From Chrysomallon squamiferum (lineage: Eukaryota; Animalia; Mollusca): 64,000 bases of DNA. Positions 53,125 through 64,000 of the stretch are shown here, piece by piece. The first letter of the stretch is position 1. Each line of letters starts with the position of its first letter. Under the pieces are notes generated by a model. That model saw only the letters and a list, made by a program, of their open reading frames with translations, did not search any database and was not told the origin of the DNA. Made by a program: the position numbers and the translations under genes. The DNA is taken from contig CM022673.1 in the NCBI GenBank assembly GCA_012295275.1, forward strand, positions 7,440,001 to 7,504,000, read 5' to 3'.

Positions 53125-54164
53125 CCGCGGATCGTGTTTTGCTACAGAGCAGATTTCTGTTTACTGACAGCAAGTTCTGAAAAGTTGACGGTTTGTGACG
53201 GATACGTATCACAAACAAGGAAATCCGAGCATGGACCGATACACTTTGGAAAACACCATTGTCTATCTGGCACTGCTCACTATAGTCAATGGTAAGTAAA
53301 ATATTTAATATTTATTAATTCAGTGTACGATTTAATGTCAGGAACTATTTAACCAGCAATAATTATATTATATCGTTTATTAATTTATAATTTTTTTTTT
53401 TTTTTTTTTTTGCTTGTTTGATTGCTCGCTTTGCTTGAGTAATTTGTAACAGTAGTAACAGGGTTGTGATATTGATAGTAAAAGTATTAGTATTAGTATA
53501 GTAGTATTAGTGTTAGTATTACTAGTAATAGTAATAGTAGCATTAGCAGTATAAGAAGTATTATTAGCTTCATGTTAATTTTAATTTTTTATGTAAAAGT
53601 ATTCATCCTGCCTTTTAATGAAAACATTATATTTGTTCCTTATAGTATTGTATTTAAAGTAACAAAAATCATTAATACGCCAAAATAAAAAAAAAAAAAA
53701 AAATAATTAAAAAAAAGAAACGAAAAACGTAGCAAAAACCATCAAAACAATACTTTCATTTCCATGAATTAAGATTTTTTAAAATATTTTTATATTATGA
53801 AATCAAAAAATTGTTCTTCTTCATATTTGAATTTTTATTAGTTGTTGTATTTATGAAAGAGATCTGCAATAATCTTTTTTTTTTCCTGTCTAATAACAAT
53901 AACAGAAATGACAGTGTTACAGACTCAGAGACTCTGGTGCTTTTTAGGTTATATATATCATATAACAAATGAAAAACAAAAAATCTAATTAAATCTGAAA
54001 GAAATTGCAAGTTTACTCTATGATAGATAGACTATAATGTAAAAATAAAATAACAAAATTTAAATAAAAAGGCAAAAAAAAAAAAAAAGAAGAAAACCAA
54101 CAAACCAACAAAAACGGGGTAGCTAATTCAAATAATGTGGTATGTATGTATAAATTTGTCCATG

Positions 54165-54208
<44 letters not shown>

Positions 54209-57200
54209 ATTTATGTATGTACGTACATATGTGTACGCATCTATGCATTTGTGTATGTAAGGATATCTATGTATATATATGTGCGTATGTATTTATGTGT
54301 GCATTTATGCATTTACATATTTACGTATGTGTGTTCGTGTTTATATGTTGATATGCGATGTGTGTCTACATGTATGCACTCAGGTAGGTAGGTAGGTAAT
54401 TTTACAGGTAGTAGGTAGCAGGATAAAAAAGAGGTAGACTGGAAGATAGAAAGGCTGAGTGGCAGACAGGTAATATACATGTATTTGTTTGTAAGCCCAC
54501 ACCTATTAGTATATGTAAAAACAGAATTATTATCAAACGAAAATCACATCAGAATACAAAGAAAAACTAATATCTGTGTGCCTAATAGCGTTTTATTTTC
54601 GATTATGTGAGATTTATTGTTTTATTTTATTTTACCTTTTTTTTTTTTTTTTTTTAAAAAGGGCAATATAATTACAAAATACGCCATTACCTGTAATATG
54701 AAACTAACCATTTGTAGATGAAAGTATTTTAATGGAAAAATTTTAAAATTTGTTTCGTTTGTTCGTACGAGTGTATTATTACGATACGCTGAAATAATGA
54801 TCTGAAATAATGATACAGTAATCTACAGTTTGAAATATTTTTAAATAATTGATTCGGCAAGGATAAAATTTTATATTAGTCATTCACACATTATATCAGC
54901 TACCAGATTATTCCAGAAAAAATAAAAACATTCTGAAAAAACTTTGAAATGTCACTGAACATACAACAGTTTTGTTTAACGATGTAAATGAACGTTTTGA
55001 AAACTGCTATTATTAGAACAACAGCAACAACTACTCTAACTACCACTACTGAAACTGCTGTAACGATATTACTGCTACTACTACTGCTGCTGTTACTACC
55101 ATTACTACTAATACTAGTACCACTACTGTCACTACCGCTTCCACCACTTTTACAATTCCGGTCACTGCTGTTACCATTACAGCAACTACTACCTCTACCA
55201 CCATTGTCACTTTTTTTTTACTCTGCTACTACTGTCTTGCAGTTGCTGCTTCCACTGATATTACGTCTTCTGTTACCACTATCACTACTACCACAACAAA
55301 CACAACGACTGCTACTACTAGTCGCTAATCCTACTGCTAAATCTGCTAGTATTACTACAACTAGTACTACTATCACTGCTATTTCTGCTGCTACTAATAC
55401 TACATTTATTACAGCCACTGTTACTACTTGGCTACTATTACTATGACAACTAGTACTACTCACAAGTCACCTATCACCTTTTTATTGCAGTTTTTGTCAA
55501 TACAAACTCAGTAATGACTACCATTAACTCAGTGCAGTCTGATGTACTATGCCTACGTAATACCAGTGTAAAATTTGTAATGTTAAACGTTGAATTCTGG
55601 CGTTCGAGTTTTGATTATGTTTACCTTTCTTTGTGTGAAACAGTTACTAAAATGGAAAAGTTTGATGGGCTTTTTTTAAGGTGGAAATCTGAATTAGGAC
55701 CATGTTGTTTTAACATCAGAACGTATTCCAGAAAAGAAAAATCCACATAACATTATCTGTGGAAAACATTAATATCAGATAATACTACTTATACTGAACA
55801 AAAAGAAAAAAGAAAAAGAAAATAAAAAGAAATAAATTAAATAATTTTTTTTTTTTCCAAATGATAATAAAATAAAATAAAAACAACTAAAAAGTCATAA
55901 CAGAAACACTGCTAAGTCAGCGAATTTTCACATCAAAAAAAAAAAAAAAAAAAAAAAAATCTACATTATAAAAATATTCTATAACATTTTCAGTACACGA
56001 ATACTGCACAAACCCAGTCAAATAAACTCGAAATACGCAGCAATTGAACGAAATGATTGAGGAATCAATCAAAATTTAACTGAAAGGCGAGAATAAGAAA
56101 ACTAAACAGTGTCCATTTAAATAAAACTAACAAAAATGAGATGGGAAAAAATGTGGAAGAATCCAAAACGGGAGAGAGAAGGGGGTGTTGGTGGCTGTGC
56201 AACAGACTGGTAAGAAGAAGTGATAATTAATGAGCGTCTGATTAATAAATCGGTCGGGGGAAACGTTACACGGAAGGGGATATTTTTATCTGACTTTAGT
56301 GACAGGCTATTTTATTATTAAAGTCGCGACCTCGATCACACGTGAGCAATAAAAGCCGCCGATGTGCGAATTAGTCAGATCGTTATTAAAACCAGGAGGC
56401 CGCGTTTTTATGGACTGCACGTGTTTCCAGAGATCGGGATGAAAACGTATTGCGTATCGTTCCCATTTAATTTGTTATCAGTTGTCTAGGTAATGACGAA
56501 TTGTAGGCTTCTTGCCGTGTTTGTAAATTAACTAATTGGCAGGCGATACGTCTAGTATTAAACCCCAAGAGAAGTAATTCACTCAAATAAATTCTTTTAC
56601 TTTTTTTATCTTTTTTTTTTTTTTTTTTTTTTTTTCGGGTTTTTTTTTTTTGTTTTTTTTTTTAAAATCTATTTTTATCATTATTATTGTTAAAAAAAAA
56701 AAAAATTCTATCACTAAATTAATAATGCAAAATTATCATCTAATTAACTGAAACTGTCAGAGGAGTTAGAAAATAACAAAAGCCGAATCCGTTCAAAAAA
56801 ATCAAATACTACGGTGGCACTGTTATAAGTCAATGAAAGAAGTGGAAAATGTTTTATTGCGCATCCTAATATATTTTTTCATCTACATCTTTACTGAATC
56901 GTACATCTGTTTAAGGACCATACAAGGCTGAGGAGGACTGATCCTTTGATCCATCACAAGAAAATATAAATAAATAAATTTAAAAAAAAAAAAAACATGT
57001 AATGATATACATATTGAGGTGATTTTTGAGTTAATGAGAGTGTCACCGTGACAGTATCTCACAGTATGTCAGAGAAAAAAACAAAACAGACGTCAGGCAA
57101 GAAAAGATATAAAATAATAAATAAAAATTTAACGACATCTTCGCAAAAAAAAAAAAATCATTTCGACTACTGGGTGTTTATCAGAGATAAAGACAGATTC

Positions 57201-58270
57201 AAATTAAGGTTAGAAAAGAGAAACATGGTGACTAAAATTGTGGGTAGACAGATGTCCAGGTAGCTACCGAAATAATGTGTGATCGAGCCAGTCGTAGGAA
57301 AACAAACGTTAAAACCGAAATCGTATTCTTTCAACAAAAAAAAAAATCCCATGCACTGTTTTTCAAACAAGTCATTAAGGCTTCCATTGTAACGTTCATC
57401 CGTGGAATAAAAACAAACGCAGACTGAATGCACCTTGCAGGTTTTGAGTCGAGAAACTAATGCTAAACATATTGGATCTGGAATGAGTTTTCCATAACGG
57501 ACAATGGTACTTGGATGTGCTAATATATCCCTTGGGTTCCAGTAGTAATTGCGTACACAGGAGAATTTATGTTGTAGAGTATCTGTTTAAATATTAAAAT
57601 CGCAGCTCGTTTTCCATTAAAAAATCTTTTTGTTTATATGTCGGAAAAAAAAAAAAAGTATTTAAAAAAAAAATGAAGCCATTTCGTAGAAATATTGACT
57701 ATGTTACGGCAATGAATAATGCATTATACCAAAAAGACAAGGACTGCTACATTAATTCGCTGTCGTCAGTGAACAGACGGAAAGGTCGTTATCGATCGGA
57801 CTGTCTTCGGCACCATACGGCAATTGGTAGTCTGACGGAAAATAACGAAATTTGAACCTGGTTTCGTTTAAGGGCGATAAATCAATGGAGTATTCGTATT
57901 TCCTGTCATATTCGTCTGTTTTCGTTGTATCGTTTCTTTCATAAACGATGGGAAAGTTTATCCAAGTACACGACAACACCCAGTTCTTTTAAGTCATCGA
58001 TTGACCGCCGTGAGAACCGATTAAACTTAATAAACAGGAGTTTTAATCATTTTGGCGTTAGCGAACCTGCCATTCAGCGACCAGATTATCTGAGCGAGGA
58101 ATTGTTGGAATGGTTGCAGCTAAATGGGAAATCATGACCAAAATTTTTTCTTTTCTTTCTTTTTCTTTTCATTCCTCCGCATAAACGGCGGTGGTATGAA
58201 TAAAATGATTCAACTGTTGTTTCGTAAAGTCAACAGATTCATTTGAAGAGATTTTTTTTTTCTTTTTACC

Positions 58271-58313
<43 letters not shown>

Positions 58314-58433
58314 AATAAGACAGTATTAAAAAAAGTTTGCAACAATGACAACAACACAGCAATAAAATAAAATAAAATAAAATAATTAATAAGCAAATAA
58401 GTAAATAAATAAATAATATTAACAACAATTACA

Positions 58434-58497
<64 letters not shown>

Positions 58498-61400
58498 CAG
58501 CAGCAGCAATAATAATAATAATAAAAGAGATAACGATCGAGTCTAATTCTACTAAAGCTATCTAAAGTCTTATAATAAAACCAGTGAATTCAATAAATCA
58601 TTTTAATGGTACCTCTGAGGCATTGTTCCCGAATGATTCCGAAAACAGTTGATGTTTGCCGAAAACAACCAGAGTGCCCGTTCAGGCTTGACACAACAAA
58701 AAAAATGACGGAGAACGAACTACAACGAATCAAAACTCGCTATCTAAAGATAAAGCCGGTGTCAGAGAATATTTGTTCCCCCGGACAGTCTGTACCCCTC
58801 CCTCCTCAATCATAATCCAAACTGAGCAGCTTTAATAAGGAAAGATTAGGAAGAAATATTTTGGTTGTAACTCATTATTTACAGTGCCTCAAGGCATTGG
58901 ATTAAGTTGTTATTTTAACTTTTACGCACTTTCCAAAATCTTTATAAGAGTGTGTCTTTGTAATATTGATTTCTTAATGTTTGTTTATTTGAACTGGGAG
59001 TGATTTAAAATAAAATTAAATATAAGAGAAATGTCAGCAAATACTTTATTTGTGTGCTTCAATTGTTGTCCTCACTTCATTATCGTCTTTATCATCACCC
59101 ATCACCAGTGATGATATTAATCGCACTGATAATAATACATACAGTTGCTGCTATTCTTGTCACCGTTGCGACTGTTGCTGCTGTCACTACGGCTGCTGCT
59201 GCTTCTACCTCTGTTACTATTACAGTCGCAATCACCACTACTGTACTAAAGTTGTTCTGTTACTACTACTACCGTATCCACATTATCAACACCATTCTAC
59301 TATTATTACTCCTGCTACTTCTACAACTATTGCTATATTGCTATTGATACTACTACAGCTGCTACAACTGCTACTATTACTACTACTACTACTACTACTA
59401 CTATTTACCGTGAAAAAAACTATTGCTATATTGCTATTGATACTACTAATACTGCTCCAACTACAATTTCTATCATTGCTACTCCAAATAACTGCCATAC
59501 AATAACTGAAGCTGTTTATATTCATTTTATTTTGAAAGATTTTTTGTTGTTTTTATCTATTATATCCTATTTATTTTCCTTCCTACACATACAAGCGTCT
59601 CTGGGTTGGTTCACTCTGCTTTCAAAATATTCTAAATAATATGGACGACGGTGATAATTAAATAAAATTCATTATCGCTGGAATCCAGTGATACCAACAC
59701 GCCTACAAATGTGAGAAGGTCGTAACAAAAATTAAATATTTATTCATCATCACATGCTTCACAGCGTTAAACATCGTTGGCATTGTCATTTTTATTTCCA
59801 ACATCACGACGTACAAATCAATGGTTTCACTTGAATAAACTGTTCGGCTTCTAACACAACGCGTCAGTGACAGTTTGTCTGGAATGCTTTGAGGACGTAA
59901 GCGAAATAAAATTCTGTTCTTTTCTTTTCTCTTTTTTTTTTTTCTTTTTTTTTATATTGTTATCTCCAGATCAAGGTGTAGTCTTTTGTTTTTGCACGCG
60001 ACTAGGCGTGGTAGACTAAGTGATGACGTCAAGGACGTCGTAATAAACCAAATATTTACGAACAAATACAGAACGTGACGAAATGACACGTGCCCAGGAA
60101 GTAAAACAATCACGTGATAAAAATCATAACTAAAAAGCAATGTTCCCTGTTCGATAGGAGACAATTATCAGTTTTGATTTGATTGGATAACTATTTCTTT
60201 GGCGTATTCACACGTCACGAAAACTAGAAACTTTGTAAACACTGCAATCAAAGAAAACTTACATTATTTTGTTCGTAGAACGCTTTGCAAATAGTGTTTT
60301 AATCCGCGGAGAGCGTCCAATTAATTTGGTACGCAAGTACACTGGTTCCTAAGTTTAGACTCGCTTCAGGCTTTGCATGTTCATAGTAACGCACTCAAGG
60401 AATAGTAACACCAGTCCAAATCATTTGTAATTTTGAGAATAAACTTATTATCTTAGTCTTTGGAAAATCTTTCAGTTTTTAACTAAACAAAAGATATGTT
60501 ATTGATGTTATTGATTATTTTATTATCTTCATATTAGATTAATTGTTCTTATCAGGTTTTAACTGATACAGGAAGGAAAAATCGTTATATATATATATAT
60601 ATATAGGAATTTAATAATTTTACTATTTAAAAGAAAGAATTATAACAGCATTTACCTATATTATTAATATGCTATCTATCATTACAGATCTTATTTATTA
60701 TATATTTTGCTTTTTTTGTTGTTGTTGTTGTTGTTGTTGTTAATGTTGTTATCTATTTAACAATCTATTTATTTTTACAACTTCCGTCATGAATATAATT
60801 CATTTTTAATTAGTTTGGAATCATCGATCGAAAATGAAATGTTTTAAATACGATTTTTATTTATTTTTTATTTTATATTTTATTTTATTTTAGTTTAGTT
60901 TTGTTTTATTTTGGTTTTCTTTTGGATATTTTATCATTTTTTTATTTTTTTTTTTATTTTATGCGTTTTTAATCAAGTAGTAATATAAAATGCACAATGA
61001 AATGAAAACACTGAAATTTAGAACTTAGCCGTTGGAGATAAAATGAGAAATGAATCAAAGAAGAAAAGAAAACAATAAAGGAAAAGGATCTCGTTAAAGA
61101 AATTAAAAAAAAAAAAAAAAAAAATGCAAAGAAAGAATACATAAATATATATAAGAAGATAAGTTAAAGCTGTACGTTATTACGTTAATAATTATTATAT
61201 ATCCTAAATTAGTACAATCAAGTGCTTATAAAAATGGAATAATAATAATATAAAAAAATAAAAATAAAAAAAAAAAAATACGAAAACTAGAGAAAATAGA
61301 TTAAGAAAGAAGATCCTGAAGAAAAAAAAACACGAAGAAGAAACACTAGAACGGAACTATAACTTTCACAAAGTTACCCGAAAAAATAAACTTTTCTTGA

Positions 61401-61965
61401 AGTCAAAGATGAGACACTAATTTGATTTCTCAAGAGAATTAACCAGCAAATCCTATTCCGTCTCACGATGTTATTTCGAGTTTTATAAAATTAGCTCTTG
61501 AGTGTTGCACAGCCTTTTTACTCTTATCTGATAGTTACATCCGAATAATTAGAAAATGGCTGCAAAAAAAAAATTGAATTAATCCCATTTATGATGCGAA
61601 TGGTTTGTGTTGCGTGGCTAAATAGTTGTTGGTAATAAAAAGGTGCCCACATCGGATCAAATGTTTTATTGCTAATAGACACGACAGGAAAACCACGAAG
61701 TGCGTGTTGAATGAACATTAAGTAGTTACAAATTAGGCTCCTGGGCTTGTATCACCACGTTGTTGTAATAAGGTGAAAGGTCGCGTTCGGAATTTATTGC
61801 ATGCGATTCGGTCGTTTCCTGGTACAAAACCTGGAAGCGATTAAATAGATTACCGTGACTTGGTAATTTTCTCGTCGTATTCTAACGAGATTCTGTAAGT
61901 GTGAAAAAGTAAGAATTTGTTTGATAGCGCTGAAGACGATTCAAATTGTGAGGTTTTAAAAAATA

Positions 61966-61972
61966 GAGAGAG

Positions 61973-62056
<84 letters not shown>
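61966..62056. repeat. (GA)n microsatellite
   Basis: Direct reading. Confidence 0.95.
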
Positions 62057-62058
<2 letters not shown>

Positions 62059-63493
62059 GTGAACAAAATGTTCAGTAATATTTTATTTCTGCTTTGTGTG
62101 TGAGCCTGTCATGTGCGTGCGTGCGTGTATGAATTCATTGCCCTCGATATATTTTTAAAAATCAACACAGTCACAAAGCAGTTCTTTTCGATAAATAATA
62201 TACTTATAAACAATATTCTTTTCTTGACATTGAAATGACGGCAATCAATAACGTTTCCTTTTCTCATTAATTTTATTCTCACTACTATTCCTCATTCTTC
62301 TGCATTTCCTTCTTCTTCTTCTTCTTGTTCCTCTTCTTATTCTTTAATAACAAATCTGAACTAAATGAAAAACGTTCCTATTTGTGCACTTTTCATATCG
62401 TTCGTCTTAATAAATCGTCTGTTTATTGAAAGCTGCTGATCGCGTCCGTTGTAATTGGTTCGAAGCAGTTAGTTAAAGCGAGCCGGCTGTCGGTCTAGCT
62501 CTGAAATTCCATGTAACAGAGATACACTCAAATCCCTGGAGTGCTGTGGGTCATCGCTAATTTTGATTAGCCACACAGTCACAAACACAGTCGCTCAGTC
62601 TTGGAAAGCCGCTAATTCGATTGTTTTGGACATTCGAGAAGCGACCTGCCAGGCTGCTTCGATGAATTTGTTCCAGAATTCAGTCGAAAGTCAATTTCCT
62701 GAAAAATCCTTTCTTTTCTTCTTTTCTTTTCTTTTTTTTTTTTTTTTTTTTTTTCCTAGTACATTTTCTTTGTTTTAAATTGAAAACTGCTAGAAAGCGA
62801 TGTGTCAAAACTGCACCCGAGAACCACGTGTGTGATGATGATACTGGTAAATTTTCTTCAGTTTTTCAAACACAAATTATGGGATTCTTCGTGTTTTCGC
62901 GATTGTCGCAGACACGTAGATTGATAATTTAGGTAAAGTCATGAAATTGTCTGAACGAATATTATGATAAAGTACACTGAATTTATGTTGACCATTCATT
63001 AACTTAACCAAAGAGAACTCTAAAAAAAATGACCCTTGATTAAATAAAACAGACGTCTGGATTATTTACCTAAAACGCTGTCAGCTGGTATATCAGTGTG
63101 TTAGTTGTTTGAAAACGTCCATATACGGATCTTGTGTCGTCTGTTAGTTTAGCAGTACCTAGCAGTGATCTATAGTCCCTGAATGAACTAGGCGGATATT
63201 TTAATAACGTAACTCTGAAACAACATTAGCACGGGGAAATTGTGAAACACCTCTGTCTTGGATATTCAATCCAAAAGTGAAGAATGACTTTGTTAAATTT
63301 GATGTAATGATTAACTCAGGCTTCACTGCTACTTACTCTGCGAGGATGCGAACCGATTACCTACCAGCTCTGCTCATTTGTTCGAGTTACATATAAATCA
63401 TGTCTATCCTTTTAGAACAATTAGAAACTTTTTTCTTCTTCTTCTTCTTCTTATTTTTTTTTTTGCATTTATTTGTTTATTTATCTATCTGTG

Positions 63494-63636
63494 TATGTAT
63501 GTATGTATGTATGTATGTATGTATGTATGTATGTATGTATGTATGTATGTATGTATGTATGTATGTATGTATGTATGTATGAATGTATATGTATGTATAT
63601 ATATTTTATATATGTATGTATATATATGTTTGTGTA

Positions 63637-63668
<32 letters not shown>
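63494..63668. repeat. (TATG)n followed by (TG)n microsatellite
   Basis: Direct reading. Confidence 0.92.
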
Positions 63669-63672
<4 letters not shown>

Positions 63673-64000
63673 GGAAAAAAAGAATCAAAAAGTAACAATA
63701 TAATGAATAATAATAATAAAGAAAAAGAAAAAAACCATTTAATTAATGGATTAACGAATGAAAGATCTGATTAAACGGCTGGTTAATTTTTTTAAAAAGT
63801 TCAATTAGTGCAGCAGCAAAGTAAGCTTAGAGGAAAAAAATATGAAAAAAAAAATAGTTAACATTACGAAAATCGAAACGCATATAGATTTTTTTTTAAA
63901 TATACAACAAAAGCATTGCACTAGATATAACCAAAAACTTAATAAAAAAATGACTTCTTGTACAAGAATTGCAAAAAAAAAAACACGAGTAATACTATTT

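Noticed and set aside
58606-58815. 69-aa ATG ORF of ordinary composition
   Set aside because: No recognisable motif or flanking splice evidence; length expected by chance.

Overview
Eukaryotic (metazoan, probably lophotrochozoan/mollusc-like; this is inference from style and repeat content), very AT-rich and microsatellite-saturated genomic DNA. I could reconstruct two complete intron-containing genes base by base, arranged tail-to-tail in the middle. (1) A 10-exon HSD17B12/KAR very-long-chain 3-oxoacyl-CoA reductase (+, 25201-31518, 321 aa). (2) A 12-coding-exon SLC7 heteromeric amino-acid transporter light chain, SLC7A9/b(0,+)AT-like (-, 41916-34994, 483 aa). The flanks (about 25 kb and 22 kb) have no recognisable coding exons. 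They contain simple repeats, minisatellites, a decayed LINE 3' fragment and short CpG-richer islands with CTCF-like and homeodomain-like motifs. The most unusual structure is in the SLC7 gene: two consecutive introns carry tandem repeats whose unit is the splice junction itself. One is a 31-bp unit giving 16 copies of the 5' donor of coding exon 1. The other is a 52-bp unit giving 5 intact and further decayed copies of the 3' acceptor of coding exon 3. Almost all ORFs in the supplied track are microsatellite artefacts.
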